Positions 30,126 through 39,036 of a stretch of DNA of 64,000 bases are shown one piece after another. The notes under the pieces are model-generated. The model had not been told where the DNA came from, ran no database searches, and saw only the letters and a list, made by a program, of their open reading frames with translations. Origin of the DNA: an uncultured Alphaproteobacteria bacterium (GTDB taxonomy: Bacteria > Pseudomonadota > Alphaproteobacteria > Methylaequorales > Methylaequoraceae); assembly GCA_902536655.1 (NCBI GenBank), contig CACAYF010000005.1, positions 5,790 to 69,789 of the forward strand, in the 5' to 3' direction. Position numbers and translations under genes: made by a program. Each line of letters starts with the position of its first letter. The stretch's first letter is position 1.

Positions 30126-30212
30126 TAAGTGTACATACACAAAATTTTTTAACAAGCCCTGTACTTTCTGATTTACACAGAATGTTGGGGCTAAAGAGTG
30201 TGTATGCACTTA
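30126..30212 (+). ncRNA. Candidate structured RNA (87-nt rod-like hairpin), family unknown
   Basis: 30126-30141 pairs with 30199-30212, U6 30145-30150 with AAAGAG 30193-30198, and 30155-30170 with 30178-30192; the G-U pairs work only on the + strand. Confidence 0.4.
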
Positions 30213-30758
30213 TTCGCCTTTTAAGGCTTTTTCAAAATATTTGTGTATGATTTTATCCTGATTTTCTAAGAGCCAATCAATTGATGGCTCATCATTCATT
30301 GCCTTTTGAATTGCATTTGTTGTGGCTTTTCTATGAATATCAAAAAGTATTTGGTGGTCTAAATTCTTATCATCGCTTACGCTTGGATTTAACCAAACTG
30401 AGACTATAATACCAACTTCATTTACAATATCTTTCGGAATATAACCTTCGCGAACAGAATCTAAAACCCCATTCGCTATTGCTCCTTGGACAGTGCCCAT
30501 CAGAATATTTGTATATCTATCATCTTTGACTGTAACTTTGCTTACCATTAAAGTAGGGGGTCTAACCATTACGTCTGTATTCATTATAGCGAGAACTTTC
30601 GTATGACCTTTTATTTGATTTCCTATTAAATTTGCGAATGCGGTGCCAAATGGACCATCCAGCTTCCCTATTACAACCTCAGGTTCTGCCGCAGTTCCTG
30701 GTGGTCCGCCAGCAACTAGTGATTCTCCTACCTTCATAACAAAGTCTTGTTTTTTCAT
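30210..30758 (-). CDS. fae: Formaldehyde-activating enzyme (Fae) family protein, non-canonical paralogue type
   Basis: VGESLV, VVIG..DGP.GTAFAN, RPPTLMVSKVTVK, MGTVQGAIANGVLDSVREGYIP, IIVSVW, AT..AIQKAM.DEP align to Fae; strong AAGGAG SD. Confidence 0.88.
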   Translation of the reverse strand: MKKQDFVMKVGESLVAGGPPGTAAEPEVVIGKLDGPFGTAFANLIGNQIKGHTKVLAIMNTDVMVRPPTLMVSKVTVKDDRYTNILMGTVQGAIANGVLDSVREGYIPKDIVNEVGIIVSVWLNPSVSDDKNLDHQILFDIHRKATTNAIQKAMNDEPSIDWLLENQDKIIHKYFEKALKGE

Positions 30759-30887
30759 TAATCTCTCCTTAAAATTCGTTTACTTTCATTTTATAGCTCT
30801 AGATCTTATTAGCTAACTTACTTCTATTTGTTAATTTTACAACGTAAAGACTAATTTTTATCTTTTAATTTTAAAAAAAAATCTGCA

Positions 30888-30916
30888 TTGTCATATTAAT
30901 GTAACAATTCTGTAAT
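30888..30916 (+). promoter_or_regulatory. Pho box array upstream of pstS
   Basis: TTGTCAT-ATTA-ATGTAAC-AATT-CTGTAAT: three heptamers at exact 11-bp spacing. Confidence 0.85.
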
Positions 30917-30977
30917 AATTTCTCATTTTTAAAGAAGTATTTATTAGCTTTAACCATTTATAACAAGAGAGGACTAA

Positions 30978-32027
30978 ATGAAAAAAAAAATTATAACCTT
31001 TACTGCTCTTGCTTTAATGTTAAGCAATCAATCTGAAGCTCGTGATCAAATTAAAATTGTTGGTTCTTCAACCGTTTATCCATTTGCAACCGTTGTTGCA
31101 GAGAGATTTGGTAAAACGAGTGGCTTCAAAACACCAGTTATAGAATCAACCGGCTCTGGTGGGGGGCTGAAGCTTTTTTGTAAGGGATTAGGAACTCAAC
31201 ACCCAGATATAACCAATGCTTCAAGAAGAATAAAAATGAAAGAAGTAAAAAACTGCGAGAAAAATGGTGTTAAAGATATTACGGAAATAAAAATCGGATA
31301 TGATGGAATTGCAATCGCTAATGCTAAATCTGGTCCAACCTTTGATTTGACGTTAAGAGATCTTTATCTTGCTCTCGCCAAAGAAATACCAGCTGATGCT
31401 GAGGGGGACGAAGTTAAAGCAAATCCCTTCAAAATGTGGAATGAAATTAATCCAAAACTCCCAGCGAAACCAATTGTAGTAATTGGTCCTCCGCCTACTT
31501 CTGGGACTAGGGACGCTTTTAATGAACTTGCTATTGAAAAAGGATGCAAAACTTTTCCAGGTAGGAATGCTCTTAAAAAAAAGGACAAACAATTATATAA
31601 ATCTCAGTGTAGAGCAATAAGAGAAGATGGATTATATGTTGAAGCAGGTGAAAATGATAATCTAATTATAGAAAAATTGGTAGCTAACCCTGACGCTTTA
31701 GGTGTATTTGGATATTCTTTTCTCGATCAGAATAAAGACAAAGTCAAAGCTTCAAAAGTTGACAATGTTTTTCCTGAATTTGAAGCTATTTCATCAGGAG
31801 AATACCCAGTTTCTAGATCATTGTTCTTCTATGTGAAAAATGCTCATGCATCTGTTATACCTGGAGTCAAACAATATGTAAGAGAGTTTACATCATCAAA
31901 GTCTATTGGGAATGAGGGATATCTTATTTCAAAAGGGTTAATTCCACTTCCAAAAAGTGAAAGAGCAAAGTTTGAGAAAGATGGTAAAACCCTTGCGAAA
32001 TTTGATGAAAATTTGTTGAAAAAATAA
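30978..32027 (+). CDS. pstS: Phosphate ABC transporter substrate-binding protein
   Basis: Signal peptide; RDQIKIVGSSTVYPF, ESTGSGGGLKLFC, NASRRIK, GPPPTSGTRDAF, YPVSRSLFFY. Confidence 0.97.
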   Translation: MKKKIITFTALALMLSNQSEARDQIKIVGSSTVYPFATVVAERFGKTSGFKTPVIESTGSGGGLKLFCKGLGTQHPDITNASRRIKMKEVKNCEKNGVKDITEIKIGYDGIAIANAKSGPTFDLTLRDLYLALAKEIPADAEGDEVKANPFKMWNEINPKLPAKPIVVIGPPPTSGTRDAFNELAIEKGCKTFPGRNALKKKDKQLYKSQCRAIREDGLYVEAGENDNLIIEKLVANPDALGVFGYSFLDQNKDKVKASKVDNVFPEFEAISSGEYPVSRSLFFYVKNAHASVIPGVKQYVREFTSSKSIGNEGYLISKGLIPLPKSERAKFEKDGKTLAKFDENLLKK

Positions 32028-32039
32028 ACACAGTAATTT

Positions 32040-33425
32040 ATGGGGTTTTGGTCTTTTTTTTTTATTATAGTATTCCTGGGTTTAACAACTCGATGGTACG
32101 GAACTAATAAAGCTCTTAAATTAAACTCTAATATTAAAGAGGGACCAAAACTTCCATCATTACCTTCATATTATGGTGCCAACGCATTTTTGTGGTTGGT
32201 AATCTCAGTGTTACTTTTTTTGATTGTCTGGGTGTTCTCAAAGCCTTACATCCTAGACTATATTTTAATTCAAAACATTCCAAAAGCTCTAATAGATGAG
32301 TTCGGTGGAACACCTAATATGCTAATTGATATTATTAAGGCCACTGACATATCTAATATTTTTCCAGGAACAAACCCTATTATTATCGAGAATGCTTTAT
32401 ATTATAATAAAATCGACAAACTGATTGATTCGATAGCGTATTCAATAATTCTTTTCGTTGGTTTAACTGTAAGTATTTTTTCAATAAATAGAATCTCATT
32501 TTTATTCAAGGCAAGGCAGGCAGTTGAAAAAACAAATATTAATTTGTTAATTTTGTGTTCTACAATTGCGATAATCGCAACAATAGGGATTATTCTTTCG
32601 CTAATTTTTGAAGCATTGAGATTTTTTGAAAAGGTAAATTTTTTTGATTTTCTTTTTGGATTTAACTGGAGTCCACAAACCGCTATTAGAGAGGGGCAAG
32701 TAGCCAGCGATGGGGCTTTTGGTGCAATTCCAATTTTTTCTGGGACACTTTTAATAACATTTGTTGCAATGTTTGTTGCTATTCCAATTGGTCTCTTTTC
32801 GGCTATTTATTTAGCCGAATACGCTAAACCTTCTTTACGGTCAACGTTTAAACCAATCCTTGAAATTTTAGCAGGTGTACCAACTGTAGTTTACGGATTT
32901 TTTGCAGCAATAACTGTTGGCCCCTTTTTAAAGAATTTTGTTGGAGAATTTGGATTTACTATTGCTTCAGAAAGTGCTATTGCAGCTGGCGGTGTCATGG
33001 GAATTATGATTATCCCTTTCATATCATCACTTTCAGATGATGTGATAAGAGCTGTACCTCAAAATCTTAGAGATGGGTCTTATGCCATGGGTGCAACAAA
33101 ATCTGAAACTGTAAAAAAAATTATTCTTCCAGCTGCACTTCCTGGAATAATGGGTGCAGTTTTATTGGCAATATCAAGGGCTATAGGTGAAACAATGATT
33201 GTTGTAATGGCTGCTGGAATTGCTGCAAATCTAACACTTAATCCTTTTGAATCTGTAACGACAGTTACTGTGCAGATTGTAACATTATTAGTTGGTGATC
33301 AAGAATTTGATAGTGCAAAAACTCTAGCAGCATTTGCTTTAGGAATAACACTTTTTTTTGCTACATTATTTTTAAATATTATCGCATTAAGGATTGTTCA
33401 AAAATATAGGGAAAAGTATGACTAA
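32040..33425 (+). CDS. pstC: Phosphate ABC transporter permease
   Basis: FGAIPIFSGT, AIYLAEYA, KPILEILAGVPTVVYGFF, SRAIGETM. Confidence 0.97.
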   Translation: MGFWSFFFIIVFLGLTTRWYGTNKALKLNSNIKEGPKLPSLPSYYGANAFLWLVISVLLFLIVWVFSKPYILDYILIQNIPKALIDEFGGTPNMLIDIIKATDISNIFPGTNPIIIENALYYNKIDKLIDSIAYSIILFVGLTVSIFSINRISFLFKARQAVEKTNINLLILCSTIAIIATIGIILSLIFEALRFFEKVNFFDFLFGFNWSPQTAIREGQVASDGAFGAIPIFSGTLLITFVAMFVAIPIGLFSAIYLAEYAKPSLRSTFKPILEILAGVPTVVYGFFAAITVGPFLKNFVGEFGFTIASESAIAAGGVMGIMIIPFISSLSDDVIRAVPQNLRDGSYAMGATKSETVKKIILPAALPGIMGAVLLAISRAIGETMIVVMAAGIAANLTLNPFESVTTVTVQIVTLLVGDQEFDSAKTLAAFALGITLFFATLFLNIIALRIVQKYREKYD

Positions 33426-34695
33426 TAATTTAGATAGAGTCGAGTTATCACTTGTTGGAAGGAAAAGAAGTGAGCGATTGTTTAAGTTTTACGGCTTTCT
33501 TGGAATTTTGATAGCTTTTCTTTTCTTAATAACAATTCTATATTCGGTAATATCTCAAGGTCAAAAAGCTTTTTTCACAACATTTATAAAAGTAAATATT
33601 TTTTTCGATTCTGAGATTATTGATCCACAAAATCAGAGAAATGATGAAGATATCAGATATGCAAATTTTAATAAGATTATAACAGAATCACTAAAGAAGA
33701 AATTTCCTGAAAATTTAAATAAAAATGATTCAAAAGAATTATCAAGCTTCATATCAAGCTCTGAAGCTGATTATTTAAGTGAGTTTGTAGTCAAAAACAA
33801 AGATTATATTGGAAAATATAAAAATATGTGGCTTCTTGCATCATCAAATATTGACGTAATTGTTAAAAATCCTGAGATGGAAGATTTAGACGAAGAAGAC
33901 AGATTAATCTCTGATAAGCAATTAGGATGGTTAAATCAAATAAGATTAAATAAAGAACTTAAAAAAGAACTTAATAAAAATTTTTTTACTAAAGCTGATT
34001 CTACTGAACCTGAACAAGCTGGAATTTGGGGGTCGCTAGTTGGATCCTTTTTAACACTTTTGATCACATTGATATTATCGTTTCCTGTTGCTGTAGCCGC
34101 TGGTGTTTTTCTTGAAGAACTTGCACCTAAAAATAAATTTACAGAATTTTTAGAAGTAAATATTAATAATCTCGCTGCTGTTCCTTCGATAATATTTGGA
34201 CTTCTGGGTTTAGCTATTTTTCTAAATATTATGCATTTGCCGCGTTCAGCCCCTATTGTAGGAGGGATGGTTTTGGCATTAATGACTTTACCAACCATAA
34301 TAATTGCAACACGCTCATCGTTAAAAAGCGTTCCGCCTTCTATAAGAGAAGCAGCTATTGGATTAGGAGCTACGCGATTTCAAAGTGTTGTTGACCATGT
34401 TTTACCCCTTGCTATTCCTGGGATAATGACAGGTACAATAATTGGAATGTCAAGAGCTTTAGGTGAGTCTGCTCCTCTATTAATGATTGGAATGGTAGCT
34501 TTCATTGTGGATGTTCCAACTACGTTCCTTGATTCCTCAACGGCTCTTCCAGTTCAAATCTATCTTTGGAAAAGCACTGCGGCAAGAGGTTTTGTGGAGT
34601 TAACGGCAGCAGGTGTAATTGTTTTATTAGTTTTTTTAATTCTCATGAACGGACTTGCTGTTTTTATTCGACAAAAATTTGAAAAAAAATGGTAG
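33418..34695 (+). CDS. pstA: Phosphate ABC transporter permease
   Basis: PEQAGIWG, INNLAAVPSIIFGLLG, SRALGESAPL; ATG 33418 overlaps the pstC end. Confidence 0.96.
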   Translation: MTNNLDRVELSLVGRKRSERLFKFYGFLGILIAFLFLITILYSVISQGQKAFFTTFIKVNIFFDSEIIDPQNQRNDEDIRYANFNKIITESLKKKFPENLNKNDSKELSSFISSSEADYLSEFVVKNKDYIGKYKNMWLLASSNIDVIVKNPEMEDLDEEDRLISDKQLGWLNQIRLNKELKKELNKNFFTKADSTEPEQAGIWGSLVGSFLTLLITLILSFPVAVAAGVFLEELAPKNKFTEFLEVNINNLAAVPSIIFGLLGLAIFLNIMHLPRSAPIVGGMVLALMTLPTIIIATRSSLKSVPPSIREAAIGLGATRFQSVVDHVLPLAIPGIMTGTIIGMSRALGESAPLLMIGMVAFIVDVPTTFLDSSTALPVQIYLWKSTAARGFVELTAAGVIVLLVFLILMNGLAVFIRQKFEKKW

Positions 34696-34704
34696 TATAA
34701 ATCC

Positions 34705-35469
34705 GTGGCAGAAAAGATAAAAATATCAACAAAAAAGGTAAATGTTTTTTATGGCGATAAAAAAGCTTTGGAAAACATAAACTTAGAAATACCAGAGAAA
34801 AAAGTTACTTCTCTGATTGGTCCAAGTGGTTGCGGAAAATCAACTTTCATAAGATGCTTGAATAGAATGAACGATACAATAGATATCTGTAGAATTGAGG
34901 GAAAGATCATAATTGATAATGAAGACATCTATTCGAAAGAAATTGACCCTGTCCTTCTGAGAGCAAAAGTTGGTATGGTTTTTCAAAAACCCAATCCATT
35001 TCCAAAATCAATTTTTGAAAATGTTGCCTACGGTCCAAGAATTCATGGGCTTGCTAAGAGTGATGATGAGCTCGATGAACTAGTAACTCAGAGTCTTGTC
35101 AAAGCAGGATTATTCCAAGAAATAAAAGACAGAATTCATGAACCCGGAACCTCTTTATCAGGAGGGCAGCAACAAAGACTTTGTATTGCAAGGACAATAG
35201 CAATAAGCCCCCAGATTATTTTAATGGATGAACCATGCTCAGCCTTGGATCCAATTGCAACCGCCGTTATTGAGGAGCTAATCGACGAGTTAGCTAAAAA
35301 CTTTACTATCGTAATAGTAACGCACTCTATGCAACAAGCTGCGAGAGTTTCGCAGCAGACTGCTTTTTTTCATATGGGTAATTTGATCGAGGTAGGGCGC
35401 ACAGATCAAATTTTTTCAACACCGAGCCAGAAAAAAACTCAAGATTATATCACAGGAAAAATAGGGTAA
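34705..35469 (+). CDS. pstB: Phosphate ABC transporter ATPase
   Basis: [50 protein letters not shown]. Confidence 0.98.
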   Translation: MAEKIKISTKKVNVFYGDKKALENINLEIPEKKVTSLIGPSGCGKSTFIRCLNRMNDTIDICRIEGKIIIDNEDIYSKEIDPVLLRAKVGMVFQKPNPFPKSIFENVAYGPRIHGLAKSDDELDELVTQSLVKAGLFQEIKDRIHEPGTSLSGGQQQRLCIARTIAISPQIILMDEPCSALDPIATAVIEELIDELAKNFTIVIVTHSMQQAARVSQQTAFFHMGNLIEVGRTDQIFSTPSQKKTQDYITGKIG

Positions 35470-35472
35470 AAA

Positions 35473-36126
35473 ATGAAAGAACATATTGTAACAACCTACG
35501 ATGAAGATTTAAATTCTTTAAAAAGCAACCTTACTAAAATGGGTTTGAATGTTGAGAAACAAATCTACAACGCTGTTGATTTAACTAAAATAATTAACAT
35601 TTCAAAAGCTAAAGAAGTTGTGGAAAATGATAAAGACATTGATGCTTTAGAAAAAAAAATAAGAGGATTTGCAACCATTACGTTGTCCAAAAGACAGCCT
35701 CTTGCAGATGATCTTAGGCAGATTATTATTTCTCTTAAAATATCAAGTATACTTGAACGCATCGGTGATCATGCATCAAACGTAGCCGGAAGGATATTAT
35801 CTGTAAAAAAAGCTCCTGATAGCTACAGCACTGATTCAGTTCACCAACTGGGCCTTTTAGTTTTAAAAAACTTTTCCACAGCCCTAAGTGCTTATGACCA
35901 AGAATCAAAAGAAATTGCACAATCTGTTCCCACTGAGGATATTACAATTAACTCTGTATATGAAACTTGTTTTAGAGAACACTTACATTTAATGATGGAA
36001 GATAGAGATATAATTGGGTTTTGTACACAAATGTTATTTATCGCTAAAGAATTAGAAAGAATTGGAGATCTATCAAAAGTAATATCAAAAGAAGTTATTT
36101 ATAATCTTCAAGGTACTCTTAAATAA
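35473..36126 (+). CDS. phoU: Phosphate signalling protein PhoU
   Basis: RQPLADDLR, LERIGDH and second repeat LERIGDL. Confidence 0.96.
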   Translation: MKEHIVTTYDEDLNSLKSNLTKMGLNVEKQIYNAVDLTKIINISKAKEVVENDKDIDALEKKIRGFATITLSKRQPLADDLRQIIISLKISSILERIGDHASNVAGRILSVKKAPDSYSTDSVHQLGLLVLKNFSTALSAYDQESKEIAQSVPTEDITINSVYETCFREHLHLMMEDRDIIGFCTQMLFIAKELERIGDLSKVISKEVIYNLQGTLK

Positions 36127-36816
36127 ATGGAAACTAAAAAAACAATTCTTGTGGTGGAGGATGATAAATCATTACTACCAATGATTACCTACAATATTGA
36201 AAAAAACGGATTCCAGGTAAAATCAGCTACTAACGGTGAAGATGCACTATTGTTAATTAAAGAAGAAATTCCATCATTGGCAATATTTGATTGGATGATT
36301 CCTGAACCAAATGGATTAGAGCTTTGCAAAATTCTGCGAAGAAAACAAGAAACCAGTAATTTACCGATTATAATGTTGACTGCCAGAGAGGAAGAGGAAG
36401 ACAGAATAAGGGGTTTGGAATATGGGGCAGATGATTACATATCAAAACCTTTTAGTCCCGCAGAACTTATTGCAAGAATAAAAGCCCTTATCAGAAGATC
36501 AACTTCTACTCAAAACAACATTTTAGAGTTTGAAGACATTAAAATTTACGATAATGAACATAAAGTATTCAGAGGAAAGTCTAGAGTTCATCTTGGACCC
36601 ACAGAATATAATCTTTTAAAGCATCTTATGGAAAACCCGTGCAGAGTATTTTCAAGAGAACAACTTTTAGATTCTGTTTGGGGACACGGAATTTATGTTG
36701 AACGAAGAACTGTTGACACTCACATAAGGAGACTTAGAAAATCATTAAATATCGAAGGGAAAAAAAACTTCATAAGGACGATTAGATCCTCTGGCTACTC
36801 TATTGATAAATATTAG
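36127..36816 (+). CDS. phoB: Phosphate regulon response regulator PhoB
   Basis: VVEDD, FDWMIP, IIMLTAR, GADDYISKPF, LGPTEYNLL, RTVDTHIRRLR. Confidence 0.97.
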   Translation: METKKTILVVEDDKSLLPMITYNIEKNGFQVKSATNGEDALLLIKEEIPSLAIFDWMIPEPNGLELCKILRRKQETSNLPIIMLTAREEEEDRIRGLEYGADDYISKPFSPAELIARIKALIRRSTSTQNNILEFEDIKIYDNEHKVFRGKSRVHLGPTEYNLLKHLMENPCRVFSREQLLDSVWGHGIYVERRTVDTHIRRLRKSLNIEGKKNFIRTIRSSGYSIDKY

Positions 36817-36867
36817 ACTTGTGATAATATTAAAAAATGCGGAGAATAGAGATTAAGGGAATCTTTA

Positions 36868-38757
36868 GTGCAAAGAGTAAAATATAAAGACGGCATATCA
36901 ATAATTGTCACGTTATATAATAAAGAAGAATATATTCTACAAACTTTAAACTCCGCTACAAATCAATTTGAAGAATCTGAAAAATATCAAGTAATTGTTG
37001 TAGATGACGGTTCAAAAGACCGTTCATATAAAATTGCAAAGGATTTCCTTAGGAAAAAAAAAATTGATTACAAAATTTTTACTCAAAGAAATACCGGACC
37101 AAGTATCGCGACAAATAATGCTCTTAAGTTTGTCAAGTATTCCTATATCAAACTTTTAGATGGCGACGATATACTCGCTCCAGATAGTTTGAAATATATG
37201 AAATCACAAATGCAAAAAAAAGATATCGATCTTTTGTATGGTAATTGGGATTGGAGTCCAGATCCCAACAAATATAATTTCATAAATAATAAACCTGAAT
37301 CTTCAGAAATTCAAAATACATTTGAAAAGTTTATTGTAAAGGGTTGGGGTGGGTCGAGCAATCTAATGATTAGAACCGGAACTATCTTGGAGGTTAAGGG
37401 TTGCGATGAAACTGTTTTTGTTCAAGATTATTCACTTCCGCTTCGTGTCGCTGGGAATCAATATATTTCAAAAACCTCCAGAAAGTTCAATGTTTTTTCT
37501 ACTGAGAAAATTATATGTGTTGGACCTTCTTTCATAAAAGAAAGAATAATGAGTAATAATGCTCAGACACTATATGACCTCTCAATAGCAACTCTCAATT
37601 TTTTAGAAAAAGCAACATTTGTGAATAAGGCAGTGAAAAGGAAAGCATTAAGAAAAATAGTTGCACGGTGTTTATCTTGGAGAAGAAGAGTAAATAAAGA
37701 AAAATTTTTTAATAAATTTCTTCTCACATACTGCGCCAGCAAAATTAACCCAATGATTGATCCTAAAGTTGTTCGTTATCACGTATACAGAACTTGGGTT
37801 TCCAATGATGAAATAAGAAAAATTCAAAAAAAGGATAAATCGAAAGTAAAAATTTTAGTTTATGTTGGATTAGACTTACTGGGAGATGCTTTATTAAAAC
37901 TACCTCTTCTTAAATGCCTAAGACAAATATTTCCAAATGCACAAATAACGTGGTTAGCCGGAAAAGGAAATTCAATTTTTAGAACCGATCTTAGTTCTAT
38001 TGCTTCAGGCCTCATAGATAATATTTATGAAGAAGATTTTGGTTCTAATATTTTTGATTTATTAAAAAAAAATAAATTTGGAACTTATGATGTAGTCATA
38101 GATACACAAAAAAGATTTTTAACCACCCTTATATTACAAAAAATTAAAACTAAAATTTTTGTTTCTTCATGTGCAAACTATTTGTTTTCTGATTTAATTC
38201 CTGAAAATCCTGACGAAAAAAATATTAGTAAACACTTAGTTAATCTTTCTGAAGTTCTCAGTTCTTCAAAAGTCAAATTTTCAAATCTTAACAATAATGT
38301 TAACAACAATAAAATTGCTATTTGTCCTGGTGCTTCGGTTATTTGGAAACGATGGGCCTTTGAAAATTTCATTGATATTGCAGAACATTTAATTAGAAGG
38401 AATCTTGTTCCCATCTTTATTTTAGGCCCGAAAGAAACTGATCTAGAAAGAAATTTAATGAGAGAGTTTGGGAAAAAGATAAAAATTTTCAAAAGCAATA
38501 ACCCAATGGAAACAATTAAAATTGTAAAAAATTGCAAAGCAGGTATAAGTAATGACACAGGGTGTGGTCATTTAATTTCCTCAACTGGGACTCCAACCTT
38601 AACTCTTTTTGGGCCGACTGATTCTGAAAAATTTTCTCCAATTGGCAATCCTCTTCATGTTTCAATATCTTCTCAAAAGACCTTTAAATCTAAAAATATT
38701 AATGCTATTCCTGTTAACTTGGTACTAAGAAAGTTAAAAACGATAATCGATTATTAA
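36868..38757 (+). CDS. Bifunctional glycosyltransferase: N-terminal GT2 + C-terminal GT9 (heptosyltransferase-like)
   Basis: SIIVTLYNKE, VVDDGSKD, LLDGDD (GT-A); LGDALL..P, PNAQITWL, CPGAS..KRW, SNDTGCGH, TLFGPT (GT9). Confidence 0.88.
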   Translation: MQRVKYKDGISIIVTLYNKEEYILQTLNSATNQFEESEKYQVIVVDDGSKDRSYKIAKDFLRKKKIDYKIFTQRNTGPSIATNNALKFVKYSYIKLLDGDDILAPDSLKYMKSQMQKKDIDLLYGNWDWSPDPNKYNFINNKPESSEIQNTFEKFIVKGWGGSSNLMIRTGTILEVKGCDETVFVQDYSLPLRVAGNQYISKTSRKFNVFSTEKIICVGPSFIKERIMSNNAQTLYDLSIATLNFLEKATFVNKAVKRKALRKIVARCLSWRRRVNKEKFFNKFLLTYCASKINPMIDPKVVRYHVYRTWVSNDEIRKIQKKDKSKVKILVYVGLDLLGDALLKLPLLKCLRQIFPNAQITWLAGKGNSIFRTDLSSIASGLIDNIYEEDFGSNIFDLLKKNKFGTYDVVIDTQKRFLTTLILQKIKTKIFVSSCANYLFSDLIPENPDEKNISKHLVNLSEVLSSSKVKFSNLNNNVNNNKIAICPGASVIWKRWAFENFIDIAEHLIRRNLVPIFILGPKETDLERNLMREFGKKIKIFKSNNPMETIKIVKNCKAGISNDTGCGHLISSTGTPTLTLFGPTDSEKFSPIGNPLHVSISSQKTFKSKNINAIPVNLVLRKLKTIIDY

Positions 38758-38805
38758 AAAGACCAAAATCATAGTATAGTCCACTCTTATGAAATTATCT
38801 TGCTC

Positions 38806-39036
38806 ATGAATAAAATTGCAGAAGTAAATAAATGGATAGGTACAATCCTTGTCTTAAGTGGCATACTTTTGACAAACCTTAATTACTATCCTTTAAATAT
38901 TTTTTTACATGGCTCAGGTGTTATATTTTGGAGTGTTAGCGGTTATCTATTAAGAGATAAAGCGGTTCTCACAAATTTTGGTTTTCAAATACCAATTTTT
39001 GCATTTGGAATAATTAACTTTTTTTTAACTAGTTAG
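38806..39036 (+). CDS. Small membrane protein (DUF6552-like)
   Basis: KWIGT...YPLNI...W..SGY..RDKAV..N pattern with three hydrophobic segments; family assignment from memory. Confidence 0.65.
   Translation: MNKIAEVNKWIGTILVLSGILLTNLNYYPLNIFLHGSGVIFWSVSGYLLRDKAVLTNFGFQIPIFAFGIINFFLTS

Noticed and set aside
30126..30212. Hairpin considered as SRP (4.5S) RNA or 6S RNA
   Set aside because: No CAGG/GGAA/AGCA domain-IV motif; about half the length of 6S RNA and lacking the zapA/ygfA context. Kept only as an unknown candidate.
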